DNA of 64,000 bases from Chlamydiota bacterium (GTDB lineage: Bacteria > Auribacterota > Tritonobacteria > UBA1439): NCBI GenBank assembly GCA_037133055.1, contig JBAXOY010000001.1, forward strand, positions 32,236-96,235. Reading direction: 5' to 3'. Shown here piece after piece: positions 1-12,410 of the stretch. Both the position numbers and the translations under genes were made by a program. Below the pieces are notes generated by a model. The model was not told the DNA's origin and ran no database searches. It was given only the letters and a program-made list of their open reading frames with translations. Within the stretch, counting starts at the first letter, position 1. Each line of letters opens with the position of its first letter.

Positions 1-1
1 G

Positions 2-766
2 CGCCTCGCCGGCGTCCTCCGGATCGCGCATCTGCTGAACCGCGATACCGGTACGCTCTCCGGGGGGGAGATGCAACGCGTCGCCCTCGCCCGGGCGCTC
101 ATCGTGCACCCGGAGGCGATCCTCCTCGACGAGCCGTTCTCCGCGATCGACCCGGGCACTCGGGTGCGCCTCTGGTTTGAGATCAAGGAGATCCTCCACG
201 CCCTGGATGTCGCCGTGGTGCACGTCACGCACAACCTGGACGAAGCCTCCGCGATCGCCGATCGCATCGGCGTCCTCATCGACGGAAGGCTTGAACAGGT
301 CGGCGCCCGCGACGAGGTGCTGCTCCGACCCGCCACCGAGCGCGTGGCGCGCTATCTTGGGATCCGCAACATCTTCGAGGGGGAAGTGGCGCGCGCGAAC
401 GGCGGGAAGATGACCGTGCGCTGCGGGCCGGTCGACCTCACGGTCCAGGGGGATGCGCCCCCCGGGCGGCGTCTCTCGCTCTCCGTGCGCCCCCAGGATA
501 TCAAGGTCATCAAGCCGGGGCAGCCGCTGCGGGAGGATCTCAGGGACAACCTGTTCGAGGGAAAGGTCGTCTCGGCATATTTCTGCAACGACTTCTGCAC
601 CGTGACGGTGAGCGCCGGGGCGGAATTCGAGATGAGGTTCCCCTCGTACATCTACAGGCGGCACGATCTCGCGAAGGGGAAACGGATCACCATCGGGCTT
701 CGCCAGAGCGCGATCACTATTTTCCCTGCCGCGTCTCCGCGGAACGGGCACGGGCCTCCCGGCTGA
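2..766 (+). CDS. ABC transporter ATP-binding protein, 5'-truncated at window edge; C-terminal TOBE-like domain (molybdate/sulfate/tungstate type)
   Basis: Frame continues from position 2. LSGGEMQRVALARAL ABC signature, Walker B ILLDEPFSAID, H-loop VTHNL. ~110 aa C-terminal extension typical of ModC/CysA-like TOBE domains. Confidence 0.75.
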   Translation, partial: RLAGVLRIAHLLNRDTGTLSGGEMQRVALARALIVHPEAILLDEPFSAIDPGTRVRLWFEIKEILHALDVAVVHVTHNLDEASAIADRIGVLIDGRLEQVGARDEVLLRPATERVARYLGIRNIFEGEVARANGGKMTVRCGPVDLTVQGDAPPGRRLSLSVRPQDIKVIKPGQPLREDLRDNLFEGKVVSAYFCNDFCTVTVSAGAEFEMRFPSYIYRRHDLAKGKRITIGLRQSAITIFPAASPRNGHGPPG

Positions 767-773
767 TCGTCGC

Positions 774-2719
<1,946 letters not shown>

Positions 2720-2723
<4 letters not shown>

Positions 2724-3682
2724 CGCGGTCCCCGCCCCCCCATGGGCATGAACGGGTTGGTCCCCTGAGAGCTTTTCGGCGCGTTCTTCTTCTCTTTCTT
2801 CATCACGACCGTGTCGTTCGCTCCGAGCCCGGAGATAATTTCCGCGTATTTTTCGTCCGAGGCGCCGAGGCGGACCTCGCGCCGGACCTGGCGCCCCCCC
2901 TCGAGGACCGTCACCGTCGCCTTTTTCCTGCCCCTCGCCACCGCGGCGACCGGCACGCGAAGGACGCCGTTTTTCTGCCGCTCCACGATCTCCACCAGGG
3001 CGCTCATCCCCGAGCGGAAGACGTCGGGGACCTTGTCCGGAAGTATGTCCACCTCGTAGATCGTGACGTTGTTCACCACCTTCGACTCATAGGATATGTG
3101 CGCGACCTTCGAGGTGACCTTGACGTCCGGGTAGGCGTCGAGGCTGACGACGGCTTCCTGGCCGACCTTCACCCTCCCGATGTCCGTCTCGTCCACCTGC
3201 GCGTTGACGATGAGGCGGTCCGAGAGGACGAGGACGGCGTCGGTGGCGGTCACGGTCTGCCCCGGCTCGAACGCCCTGACGATGACCTCGGCGGCGATGG
3301 GGGCGATCAGGGGGGCGGCCTTGTAGGCGTCCTTCCAGTACGCGACCTGCTCGGGGCCGCGCGAGCGGGCCGCGTCGAGAAGCGCGGCGCGCTCGGTCGA
3401 GCTCATCCAGGCGAGAGTCTGCCCCTCCTTCACCATGTCGCCCTCGTGGACAAGGATCTCCTCGATCCTCCCGCCGATCGGCGGCTTGATCTGGAGGCGG
3501 TTCTGCGGCTCAACCGTGCCGGTCGTCGAGATCACCTCCCGTATGTCGCCGATCTCCAGGTGTATCTCTTCGACAACAGCCGCGCCGCCGCTCGAACGGC
3601 ACCCCCTCACCGTCCATACGACGAGGAGAAGGGCGGCAAGAATCCCCGCGCCCATCGCGATTCTCTTCTTAATCATCGTCAT
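2720..3682 (-). CDS. macA: Efflux periplasmic adaptor (HlyD/MacA family)
   Basis: Start chosen at internal MTMIKKRIAMGAG (signal/TM anchor). Biotinyl-lipoyl and beta-barrel-like segments typical of membrane fusion proteins. The 175-aa R/G-rich N-terminal extension in the ORF track was rejected. Confidence 0.8.
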
Positions 3683-3708
3683 CCCGTGTATCCCCCGTGT
3701 ATACCTCG

Positions 3709-4986
3709 TCACCGAACCTCGTCCTCGAGCGTGCCCCCCCGCGCCTGGACCCACGCTGCCTCCGCGAGCCCTTCCGCCCAGCAGGCGTCGAGGAACGTGT
3801 TCTTGGCCCTCACCAGCGAGTCCTCGATGATCGTCCAGTTGTCGAAGCTGAGGAGGCCGATCGAGTACTGCGCCCGGGAGATCTTCGCCCGCTCCTCGGC
3901 CGCGGCAAGAACCTTCCGCTGCACGTCGACCTGTTCGATCGCGTTGCGGAGCTTCGTCCACGTATCCGTGAGCGTCAGCACCACCCCGTTGCGGCCGCTC
4001 TGCTCGTCGGCCTCGGTCTGAAGGAGGATATCCTTCGACCTCGCAACCTCGGCGACGCGCAGCCCCCCCTCGTAGAGGGGCCAGTTCATGCTGATGCCGA
4101 TGTCCTTCTCGTCGCCGCGTGCGGGCCAGCCCGGCCCGGCCTTGTTCACCCCGATCGACCCATAGACCTGGGGGAAATAATCCGAGTACGACGACTTCAC
4201 TCCCCATCGCGCCGCCTCTTTCTGCGCGGCGAGCTGGTGAAGGAATGGATTAGTCTCGCAGAGCCCCTCGAAATCGGGCCTCTCCGGCCCCGGGGCGTCA
4301 AGGGCGAAGTCGCCGCCGGTCTTCAGGGGCGCGGAGTGCGGTCTCCCCATCTCCTTGGTGAGGCGCCTGCGCCCGAGCTCGATAGCCCGGAGCGCCGCGG
4401 CGACGTCGTACTCCGCCTGCGCAAGATCGGCCTGGGAGAGCATCAGGGATCCCTTGTGCTCCCTTCCGGCCTCGTAGCGGAGCGTCACGAGATCCGTGTT
4501 CTGCTTCCTCCGGTCGGTGATCTCCCGCGTGATCGTCACGAGGTCCTGCGCCCTCAGCAGGTCCACGTACGCGTTCCGGAGCCTGAGTCGCACGTCCGAG
4601 GAGGTCACAAAGTAGGCCCAGCGCGACGCGGAAATCCCCTCCCCCGCCTTCCCCATCTCGAACGGGGTCTTGAATCCATCGAAGAGGAGTTGCCGGGCGT
4701 CGAGCCCGAATACATGCGCTTCCCCGACGATGCCATCCGTGCCCTTGGCCTTCGTGTCGCCGGCGGAGGCATTCACCTGGGGAAAGAGGGGGCTCGCCGC
4801 GATCCTGCGATCGGCCTTCGACTGACCCAGTTTCGCGAGCGCCGCGGCAAGGTCGGGGTTCTGCCGCCACGCCTCCCGCACGCACTCCCGCCAGGCGATC
4901 GCCTCGCCGGTCTCTTCCGCCCCCGCGGGGGCGGGAAGAGCCGCCAGGGAGGCCCCAAGGCAGAGCAGCAGCGCGTGTGCCTTCAT
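3709..4986 (-). CDS. TolC-family outer membrane efflux protein
   Basis: Signal peptide MKAHALLLCLGASLAALPAPAGA. Two coiled-coil/beta repeat halves typical of outer membrane factor (OMF) proteins. First gene of a tolC-macA-macB operon. Confidence 0.8.
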   Translation of the reverse strand: MKAHALLLCLGASLAALPAPAGAEETGEAIAWRECVREAWRQNPDLAAALAKLGQSKADRRIAASPLFPQVNASAGDTKAKGTDGIVGEAHVFGLDARQLLFDGFKTPFEMGKAGEGISASRWAYFVTSSDVRLRLRNAYVDLLRAQDLVTITREITDRRKQNTDLVTLRYEAGREHKGSLMLSQADLAQAEYDVAAALRAIELGRRRLTKEMGRPHSAPLKTGGDFALDAPGPERPDFEGLCETNPFLHQLAAQKEAARWGVKSSYSDYFPQVYGSIGVNKAGPGWPARGDEKDIGISMNWPLYEGGLRVAEVARSKDILLQTEADEQSGRNGVVLTLTDTWTKLRNAIEQVDVQRKVLAAAEERAKISRAQYSIGLLSFDNWTIIEDSLVRAKNTFLDACWAEGLAEAAWVQARGGTLEDEVR

Positions 4987-4990
4987 TCCG

Positions 4991-5236
4991 TCACCTGTTT
5001 TCCCGGGACGCCTTCCGCTTGAATTTCGAGATAAGGCGCGAGGCCTGCGTGAGCATCCGTGTGAAGTCCTGCGCCCGCATGAGCCCGAGCATGTTCCTGT
5101 CGGGCCTGACGAAGACGATGAGCCGGTCGCCGGGCCGGATGCCCAGGGACTCCCTGACCTCCGCGGGTATCACGATCTGCCCCCGCGCCCCCACGGTCGC
5201 CGACCCGTGCACCTCGCCCCTTAAAAGCCCGTTCAT
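4991..5236 (-). CDS. AbrB/SpoVT-domain small DNA-binding protein (MazE/antitoxin-like regulator)
   Basis: RGQIVIPAEVRESLGIRPGDRLIVFV swapped-hairpin motif. Internal ATG at 5236 preceded by GGGGGAG. Lies 5 nt upstream of tolC on the same strand. Confidence 0.5.
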   Translation of the reverse strand: MNGLLRGEVHGSATVGARGQIVIPAEVRESLGIRPGDRLIVFVRPDRNMLGLMRAQDFTRMLTQASRLISKFKRKASRENR

Positions 5237-5551
5237 ATCACGCCCCCGCTCCCCCCGCGATGCAAAGTATGCGATGTATGAAAAGTATGATACGCCGGAT
5301 GCGCCCCTCCCGCAATGCGTTTTTACCCCGGATGCCCGCATCACCTCCCTTCCACCTTTGACTCTTTCCATCCCGTGAAAGTTCCCCCGGCTCTGCCCAT
5401 TGATAAACTTTTCTTCCGGGATTGTTCTTTCTCCGTGCATTCCCGTGTTCTCCGTGTCCTCCGTGATAAACCATATATCCCCGGGGCTCTGGACAATATA
5501 TCCCCGGGGCTCTTGCCGCTCCGGGCGGGAGTCGCTATACTACGGCCCGTC

Positions 5552-6922
5552 ATGCACGACCTTGCAGATTTCTTCTCATGGCTCGCCGCGCACGTGCGGC
5601 TCGGGCCGGCGCTCTCCGCGCTGAGCAACATCGTGTGGGGGCCGCCGATGCTCGCGCTCCTCTTCGGCACGCACCTCTTCCTCACCTTCAGGCTTCGATT
5701 CATCCAGCGCTACACCTGGAAGGCGATCAGGATCTCCCTTTCGCGCACGCCCGAGGGCGAGGGCGACATCAGCCAGTTCGGCGCGCTCATGACCGCCCTC
5801 GCCGCGACGATCGGCACGGGAAACATCGTCGGCGTCGCGACCGCGATCGCCTCGGGGGGGCCCGGGGCGGTCCTCTGGATGTGGCTCACGGGCGTCTTCG
5901 GGATCGCCACCAAGTACGCCGAGGCGGTGCTCTCCGTGAAGTACCGCATCACCACCAGGGACGGGTTCATGGCGGGGGGACCGATGTACGTCCTCGAGCG
6001 CGGGCTCCGCTGCCGGTGGCTCGGGATGATCTTCGCGGCCCTCACCGCGGTCGCCGCGTTCGGCATCGGCAACATGGTCCAGGCGAACTCGATCTCCACG
6101 ATGGTGAAGGAGAACTTCAACATCTCCCCCTGGATCACCGGGATCATCATGACAATGTGCACCGCCATCGTCATGATCCACGGCATCAAATCGATCGCGA
6201 GGGTGTGCGAGTTCCTGGTGCCGTTCATGGCCGTCTTCTACATACTCGGCTGCAGCGTCCTCCTCGCCATGAACCTGCGCGACATCCCCGGGACGATCGC
6301 CCTCATACTCAGGAGCGCCTTCACGGGGCAGGCAGCGCTCGGGGGGTTCATCGGGGCGGGGATGAGGGACGCGGTCCGCTACGGGATCGCCCGGGGGCTC
6401 TTCTCGAACGAGTCGGGGATGGGGAGCGCCCCGATCGTCGCCGCCGCGGCGCAGACCCGGAACCCGGTCCGGCAGGCGCTCGTCTCCTCGACCGGGACCT
6501 TCTGGGACACCGTGGTGGTCTGCGCCCTTACGGGCCTCGTCCTTGTGAACTCCGGGGAGTGGACGAGGGGGCTCCAGGGCGCGGCGCTCACGACCGCCGC
6601 CTTCGCCGGCATCCCCCGCGTCGGTCCCCTCGTGCTGACGGTGGGGCTCCTCACCTTCGTCGCCTCGACGATCTTCGGCTGGTGCTACTACGGGGAGAAG
6701 GCGATCGAGTACCTCCTCGGCCCCCGCGCGACGGAACCGTACCGCAGGCTCTGGGTCGCGGCGGTGATGGTCGGGTCGGTGATGTCGCTCCCGTCGGTCT
6801 GGGCGTTCGCCGATATCGCGAACGCGCTCATGGCCGTCCCGAACCTGATCTCGCTCATCCTGCTGAGCGGCGTCGTCGTCGCGGAAACGCGCACGCACCT
6901 CTGGGACGCCCCCGACGCGTAA
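5552..6922 (+). CDS. agcS: Alanine/glycine:sodium symporter (AGCS family)
   Basis: Strong family-level similarity (GTGNIVGVATAIASGGPGAVLWMWLTGVFG, multiple TM helices). Start set at MHDLADFF. The 79-aa upstream extension in the ORF track was rejected. Confidence 0.85.
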   Translation: MHDLADFFSWLAAHVRLGPALSALSNIVWGPPMLALLFGTHLFLTFRLRFIQRYTWKAIRISLSRTPEGEGDISQFGALMTALAATIGTGNIVGVATAIASGGPGAVLWMWLTGVFGIATKYAEAVLSVKYRITTRDGFMAGGPMYVLERGLRCRWLGMIFAALTAVAAFGIGNMVQANSISTMVKENFNISPWITGIIMTMCTAIVMIHGIKSIARVCEFLVPFMAVFYILGCSVLLAMNLRDIPGTIALILRSAFTGQAALGGFIGAGMRDAVRYGIARGLFSNESGMGSAPIVAAAAQTRNPVRQALVSSTGTFWDTVVVCALTGLVLVNSGEWTRGLQGAALTTAAFAGIPRVGPLVLTVGLLTFVASTIFGWCYYGEKAIEYLLGPRATEPYRRLWVAAVMVGSVMSLPSVWAFADIANALMAVPNLISLILLSGVVVAETRTHLWDAPDA

Positions 6923-6978
6923 CAGGGCTTGCTCCCGCCACACCCTTCACACCCTTCTCACCTTTCTCCCCCTTCTCA

Positions 6979-7926
6979 CTATTCTTTTTCCTCCCTGAAG
7001 TACGGCCGCCCCAGCGCCTCCGGCGCCCCCACCGCGCGCCGCGACGCCTTCCCCTGCGCGAGCGCGAGGAAGGCGATCGTGCCGAGGTAGGGGATCATCT
7101 GGAGGAACTGCACCGGGATGACCGTGCCGCGCGCCTGGAGCCGGGTGTCGAGCGAGTAGAGCGCCCCGAAGAGGAGCGCGCCGAGCGTCGCCTTGCCGGG
7201 GTGCCAGTTGCCGAATATCACGAGCGCGAGCGCCACCCATCCCCTCCCCGCGGTCATCTGCTCCCTCCACCCCGGGGAAAGCGAGAGGGAGAGGTAGGCG
7301 CCACCGAGCCCGGCCAGTATCCCCCCGAGCGCCACGCAGAGGTAGCGGACGGCGGCGACGCTGACCCCCATCACGTCCGCCGTCGAGGGGCTCTCCCCGA
7401 CCGCCCGGATGCAGAGCCCGAGCCTCGTCCTGAAGAGCATGAACCAGACCGCAAAGGCGAGGGCGTAGGTCAGATAGGCGAGGATGTTCTGGCGGAAGAG
7501 CGCCTCGCCGAAAAACGGGATCTGCGCGAGAAGGGGGATAGGGAGCGCGGCGAAGCTCAGCGGCGCGGGCTGCATGATCAGATTGAGGCGCTCGCCGATG
7601 AACGAGGAGATGCCGAGGCCGAGGATGGAGAGGGCGAGCCCGCTCACGATCTGGTTCGCCCTGAAGGTCACCGAGAGGAGCGCGTGTGCAAGGCTGAAGA
7701 CCCCCCCCACCAGCATCGCCGCCGCCACGCCCGCGAGGAGGCTCGAACCGGCGGTGCATGCCGCGAAGCCGCAGACCGCCCCCATAAGCATCATCCCCTC
7801 GGCGCCGAGGTTCAGGACCCCCGCCCGCTCGCAGATGATCTCGCCGAGCGCGACGAGGAGGAGCGGCGCCCCCTGGTCCACCGCCGCCGCCAGGACCACC
7901 TGGATGAATCCCGGCCAGTTATCCAT
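6979..7926 (-). CDS. ABC transporter permease (BMP/nucleoside-type system), subunit 2
   Basis: Polytopic membrane protein with the ABC-permease conserved loop. Start at MDNWPGF. 8-nt overlap with upstream permease. Confidence 0.75.
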   Translation of the reverse strand: MDNWPGFIQVVLAAAVDQGAPLLLVALGEIICERAGVLNLGAEGMMLMGAVCGFAACTAGSSLLAGVAAAMLVGGVFSLAHALLSVTFRANQIVSGLALSILGLGISSFIGERLNLIMQPAPLSFAALPIPLLAQIPFFGEALFRQNILAYLTYALAFAVWFMLFRTRLGLCIRAVGESPSTADVMGVSVAAVRYLCVALGGILAGLGGAYLSLSLSPGWREQMTAGRGWVALALVIFGNWHPGKATLGALLFGALYSLDTRLQARGTVIPVQFLQMIPYLGTIAFLALAQGKASRRAVGAPEALGRPYFREEKE

Positions 7927-9010
7927 GGATGTGCCCCTCCGCGGCGCGGGCCGTCCCCGCGCGCCGCGCAACGATCCGGTAATTCAGGAACAGGTCCCCT
8001 GCGAGGAGGAAGAACAGGATCGAGCCGGTGAGGATGTTGATCACCGATGCCGGGACGCCCAGTTCGATCTGGATCATCTCGCCCCCCGTGAGGAGCCCCC
8101 CGAAAAGAAACGCGACGATCGCGACGCCGAGGGGCCTCGCCTTCGCGAGCCATGCCACGACGATCGCGGTGTAGCCGTACTGGGCGAACACCTCGCGCGG
8201 GATCCTGCACTCGACCCCCGCGACCTGGCAGAACCCTGAGATCCCGGAGAGCCCCCCCGCGAGGGTCATCACCAGGAATATGTTCTTTCGTATCGCCATC
8301 CCCGCGTACCGGGCGCATTCCGGGCTGTCGCCGATCACCTTTACCTCGAACCCCCAGACGGTCTTCGCCAGAAGCAGCTGCAGGACCACCGCGGCGCCCG
8401 CGGCCAGGAATGCGCCGGCGTGGACCCTCCCCCACCCCACCCGCATGAGACAGGCAGGCGGGGGGAAGGGGCTCGTGAACGGGAAGCCGTCCGCGCCGCG
8501 GAGCGGCCCGTAAACAAAGAACTGGATCAGGTAGATCGCCACCCAGTTCATGAGGAGCGTCGTGATGATCTCACTCACGTTGAGGCGCGCGCGGAGCGCG
8601 CCGGGAATGCCCCCCCAGAGGGCTCCGGCGGCGAACGAGGCGAGGAGCATGAGGGCGAAGTAGGAGACGCGGCCGAGGCCCGGGATCACGAGGGCGACAA
8701 GGGATGCAGCGAGCGCCCCGACCACATACTGCCCCTCGGCCCCGATGTTCCAGAGGCGCATGCGGAGCGCGAGGGAGACGCTCAGTCCGCAGAAGAGGAG
8801 CGGGATCGCCTTGACCACCGTTTCCGAGAGCCCGTAGCTCGTCCCGAACGCCCCCCTGCAGAGGGCCGCGTAGGCGCCGCACGGGTTCACGCCGACGGCC
8901 GCGATCACTGCGCCGCCGAGGAACAGCGCGAGCGAGAGAGAGCCCAGCGTGACCGCGGCACGCAGCGCCCGCGAGGCGTGGAGCCGCTTCTCGATCGCGA
9001 GCGCGATCAT
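7919..9010 (-). CDS. ABC transporter permease (BMP/nucleoside-type system), subunit 1
   Basis: Start at MIALAIEK overlapping the ATPase stop (ATGA). Hydrophobic, about 10 predicted TM segments. The R/G-rich 132-aa extension was rejected. Confidence 0.75.
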   Translation of the reverse strand: MIALAIEKRLHASRALRAAVTLGSLSLALFLGGAVIAAVGVNPCGAYAALCRGAFGTSYGLSETVVKAIPLLFCGLSVSLALRMRLWNIGAEGQYVVGALAASLVALVIPGLGRVSYFALMLLASFAAGALWGGIPGALRARLNVSEIITTLLMNWVAIYLIQFFVYGPLRGADGFPFTSPFPPPACLMRVGWGRVHAGAFLAAGAAVVLQLLLAKTVWGFEVKVIGDSPECARYAGMAIRKNIFLVMTLAGGLSGISGFCQVAGVECRIPREVFAQYGYTAIVVAWLAKARPLGVAIVAFLFGGLLTGGEMIQIELGVPASVINILTGSILFFLLAGDLFLNYRIVARRAGTARAAEGHIHG

Positions 9011-10611
9011 GATGCCTGCCCCCCCCGATCCCACGGGACCGGCTGCCCCGTCATAAGGAGGCCGAGCATCTCGAGCGTCGCCTCGCCGCGCATCATGACC
9101 CTGCTCAATTTCCCGCGGTGCATCACCGCGAGCCTGTCGCTCAGGGCGCACACCTCGTCGAGATCCTCCGAGACGAGCAGCACCGCCGCCCCGTATTTCC
9201 GCATCGCGAGAAGGGCGCGGCGGATGCCCTCGGCGGCGCCGACGTCGAGACCCCTTGTCGGGTGGACCGCGAGGAGCGCGCGGGGGCTTGACGAAAGCTC
9301 GCGGGCAAGGATGATCTTCTGGAGGTTTCCCCCCGAGAGGAGTCTCACGGGGGCGCGAAGATCGGGAACAGCGATCCCGTAGCGCCTGATCAGCTCGCCC
9401 GCCCACTCCCCGGCCTCCCGCTCATCGAGGAGGATTCCCGAGGCGATCGGCGGTGAGTGGTAGCTCTTGAGGATCAGGTTGTCGACGGCGTCGAGCCCGG
9501 ACGCCGTGCCCACCCTGCTCCGGTCGCCGGGTATGCAGGCAAGGCCGCGGGCGATGATCTCCGAGGGCGACGCCCCCGCCATGTTTTTTCCGAGCAGCGC
9601 GTACCTCCCTCCCGAGGGCTTCCGCAGGCCCGTGAGCACCTCTTCGAGCTCCTTCTGCCCGTTTCCGGAGACGCCCGCGATTCCGAAGATCTCTCCCCCG
9701 CGGAGATCGAGGTCGACGCCGCGGAGCGCGGGGGCGCCGCGCGGGCCGGGCGCCATGAGACCCGTGAGCTCTATGACCGGCAGCCCCTCCGCCCTCACGG
9801 GCGCGGCGGCGGAAGCGGGCGCGCCCGCATGCCCGCGGAATGAAATGGGCAGCCCCCGAGATGCGCGCGCGGGCGTGAGCTCTCTCCCCACCATCAGGCG
9901 GGCGAGTTCGCGCTCGTGTGTCGCGGCGCGGTCAAGGACCGCGACGACCGTCCCTTTCCGGAGGACGGTGATGCGGTCCGATATCTCCATCACCTCGTCG
10001 AGCTTGTGCGAGATGAAGATGACCGCCCGGCCCTTCTGTGCAAACCCGCGCATCGTCTCGAAGAGCGCGCGGGTCTCGCCGGGCGCGAGCACCGCCGTCG
10101 GCTCGTCCAGTATGAGCACGCGCACCTGTCGGAGGAGCATCTTCACGATCTCGACGCGCTGCTGCTCGCCCACCGAGAGCTGCCAGACGGGGGCGCGCAG
10201 GTCCACCGCCAGGCCGTAGCGCCGCGCCACCCTCTCGACACGGTTTTCGATATCCCGCGCGCGGTAAAGGAACGGGAGCCCGGGCATCCCGAGCGCCGCG
10301 TTTTCGGCGACGGTGTGGCGGGGGATGAGCGTGCTGTGCTGATGCACCATCCCGACGCCGAGGGCGATGGCGTCGCGCGGGGAGCCGATCGCCGCGGGGC
10401 GTCCGTCGAGCCGGATCTCCCCCGCGTCGGGACGGTAGAGGCCGGCGAGGATGTTCATCAGGGTGGATTTGCCCGCCCCGTTCTCCCCGAGGAGGGCGTG
10501 GATCTCTCCGCGGCGGACATCGAAATCGACGCCGTCGTTGGCGACGACGACGGGGAAGCTCTTGCGGATGCCGCACATCCGCACCGCCGGCTCGTGTATC
10601 GTTTCGCTCAT
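9007..10611 (-). CDS. ABC transporter ATP-binding protein with duplicated NBDs (sugar/nucleoside type)
   Basis: Two Walker A/signature sets (GENGAGKST ... LSVGEQQRVEI; second NBD LSGGNLQK). ATG at 10611 (MSETIHE) preferred. Alternative GTG at 10656 has an AAGGAG that abuts the start codon. Confidence 0.8.
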   Translation of the reverse strand: MSETIHEPAVRMCGIRKSFPVVVANDGVDFDVRRGEIHALLGENGAGKSTLMNILAGLYRPDAGEIRLDGRPAAIGSPRDAIALGVGMVHQHSTLIPRHTVAENAALGMPGLPFLYRARDIENRVERVARRYGLAVDLRAPVWQLSVGEQQRVEIVKMLLRQVRVLILDEPTAVLAPGETRALFETMRGFAQKGRAVIFISHKLDEVMEISDRITVLRKGTVVAVLDRAATHERELARLMVGRELTPARASRGLPISFRGHAGAPASAAAPVRAEGLPVIELTGLMAPGPRGAPALRGVDLDLRGGEIFGIAGVSGNGQKELEEVLTGLRKPSGGRYALLGKNMAGASPSEIIARGLACIPGDRSRVGTASGLDAVDNLILKSYHSPPIASGILLDEREAGEWAGELIRRYGIAVPDLRAPVRLLSGGNLQKIILARELSSSPRALLAVHPTRGLDVGAAEGIRRALLAMRKYGAAVLLVSEDLDEVCALSDRLAVMHRGKLSRVMMRGEATLEMLGLLMTGQPVPWDRGGQAS

Positions 10612-10685
10612 GGAATTGGCGAGAGCGTCACCCGGCTCATTCCGTTGCGGTTGCACTCCTTGAGAGTATCATCCTTTTGAGATCT

Positions 10686-10699
10686 GGGATTTGGGATTT
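10686..10699. repeat. (GGGATTT)2 heptanucleotide tandem repeat (locus a)
   Basis: TGGGATTTGGGATTT lies between the SBP stop and the ATPase start of the minus-strand ABC operon. Overlaps the SBP stop codon. Confidence 0.8.
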
Positions 10700-11780
10700 A
10701 TTTCGGTATCCGCCCCTCGACCCCCTCCACGAAATAGCTCATGGTGTAGAGTTCGCGGTCCGTGGGGGCCTTCCCGTCGGGGATCGCCGTCTTCCCCTCC
10801 TGATCCCTGACCGGTCCCCGGAAGACCACGAGCTTCTTCTCCGCGATCTCCTTCTTCTTCTCCGTGACGAGCTTCTTCACCTCCTCCGGAACCATCGGGC
10901 CGAGAGGGGCGATGTCCACGATCCCCGTCTCGATCCCCCACCAGATCGGCTCGTTGCTCCACTTCCCCTCATGGAGATCGGTCGCGATCTTCGTGTAGAG
11001 AGGGACCCAGTTCCAGACGGCGGAGGTCAGGTGGGCCGTCGGGGCGAACCGGCTCATGTCGGTGTTGTACCCGATGCTCCAGACCCCGTGCTCCTGGGCG
11101 GCCTGCTGGGGGCCCGATGAGTCCTGGTGCTGGGCGATCACGTCGGCCCCGACCTCGATAAGGCTCTCCGCTGCCTCCTTCTCCTTTGCCGGGTCGAACC
11201 AGGTATAGGTCCAGACCACCCTGACCTTCGCCCTCGGGTTGACCGATCGGACCCCGAGGGTGAACGCGTTGATGCCGCGGATCACCTCGGGGATCGGGTG
11301 CGCGGCGACATAGCCGATGTCGTTCTTCTTCGTCATCTTCCCCGCGACGATCCCGGTGAGGTAGCGGGCCTGGTACATCCTCCCGAAATAGTTTGACATG
11401 TTGGCGGAGCGCTTCGATCCGGAACAGTGCATGAAGACGGTCTTCGGGTAGTTCTTCGCCGCCTCCTCGCACGGGTCCATGTAGCCGTAGCTCGTCGCGA
11501 AGATCAAATTGAATCCCATCTCCGCGAACTGGGTCATCACGCGCGTCGCGTCCGCCCCCTCCTTCACGTTCTCGACGAACCGGGTCTTCTTCACGAACGG
11601 GAGCTTCTCGATCGACTTCCTCCCCTCGTCGTGGGCCCAGTTCCACCCGGCGTCCCCGACCGGGGCGACGTAGACGAACCCGGCCCGTATCTCCTTCACC
11701 GGCTCGAACGCCCCCAGGGGCGTCCCGGCGCTCCACTGCCATGCGAAGAACGCGACCATGCCGGCGGCCGTCCTTTTCAT
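10698..11780 (-). CDS. BMP-family ABC transporter substrate-binding protein (Med/TmpC-like, purine nucleoside type)
   Basis: Signal peptide [19 protein letters not shown]. Family-typical motifs ([14 protein letters not shown]..., DVIAQHQDS). GGGAGG SD 5 nt upstream of the ATG at 11780. Confidence 0.8.
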   Translation of the reverse strand: MKRTAAGMVAFFAWQWSAGTPLGAFEPVKEIRAGFVYVAPVGDAGWNWAHDEGRKSIEKLPFVKKTRFVENVKEGADATRVMTQFAEMGFNLIFATSYGYMDPCEEAAKNYPKTVFMHCSGSKRSANMSNYFGRMYQARYLTGIVAGKMTKKNDIGYVAAHPIPEVIRGINAFTLGVRSVNPRAKVRVVWTYTWFDPAKEKEAAESLIEVGADVIAQHQDSSGPQQAAQEHGVWSIGYNTDMSRFAPTAHLTSAVWNWVPLYTKIATDLHEGKWSNEPIWWGIETGIVDIAPLGPMVPEEVKKLVTEKKKEIAEKKLVVFRGPVRDQEGKTAIPDGKAPTDRELYTMSYFVEGVEGRIPK

Positions 11781-11941
11781 CTGTTCCTCCCGAATATTTC
11801 GACTCCACGTGCCATCGACGGGAGAGTATAGCATCCGTTCCCTCGCCGCCTCCACCGCGATCTGCCGCAATTCGGGATCTGGCGCGATTTGCTGTGCGGG
11901 TCCACGATCCTAGCTCCGTCTCCACGGGGGCCTTCCGCTTC

Positions 11942-11980
11942 GGGGATTTTTTGGATTTGGGATTTGGGGTTTGGGATTTC
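11942..11980. repeat. Degenerate (GGGATTT)~5 tandem repeat (locus b) in divergent promoter region
   Basis: GGGGATTTTTTGGATTTGGGATTTGGGGTTTGGGATTT. Sits between the SBP start (11780, minus) and the BMC-H start (12080, plus). Confidence 0.8.
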
Positions 11981-12079
11981 CCATCCAGCACTCTCCCCTT
12001 GACCCCCTCCGCGGCGCTGTACTATGATGTGCCCCTGTTTCACATGCGCGCGGCGCACACATCAGCGGAGGATCACACA

Positions 12080-12370
12080 ATGGCCGAAGCACTGGGAATG
12101 ATCGAGACGCGCGGGTTTGCCGCCATGGTGGAGGCGTCGGACGCCATGGTGAAGGCGGCCAAGGTCGAGCTCGTGAGCTACGAGAAGATCGGCGGAGGGT
12201 ACGTCACGGCGATCGTCCGCGGCGATGTCGCGGCGGTGCGCGCGGCGGTGGAGGCCGGGGCGCGGGGCGCGGAGAAGGTGGGAGAGCTCGTCTCCGTCCA
12301 CGTGATACCGAGGCCGCACGTCAACGTGGACACGGTTTTGCCGCTCGGCCGTCCGCATCCGAAGGACTGA
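12080..12370 (+). CDS. Bacterial microcompartment shell hexamer protein (BMC-H; PduA/EutM/CcmK family)
   Basis: [60 protein letters not shown]...[10 protein letters not shown] is near-consensus for PF00936. GGAGGA SD 8 nt upstream. Confidence 0.88.
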   Translation: MAEALGMIETRGFAAMVEASDAMVKAAKVELVSYEKIGGGYVTAIVRGDVAAVRAAVEAGARGAEKVGELVSVHVIPRPHVNVDTVLPLGRPHPKD

Positions 12371-12410
12371 TCCCGGCCATCCCCTTCTTTTTTCCGTGAA
12401 TCCTTGCCTT

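Noticed and set aside
5576-8031. Very long antisense/overlapping ORFs (5578..8031 +, 5576..6943 -) across agcS and the ABC permeases
   Set aside because: Translations are R/G/D/H/P-rich low-complexity strings typical of stop-codon-poor high-GC DNA. The opposite strand or frame carries genes with clear family similarity.
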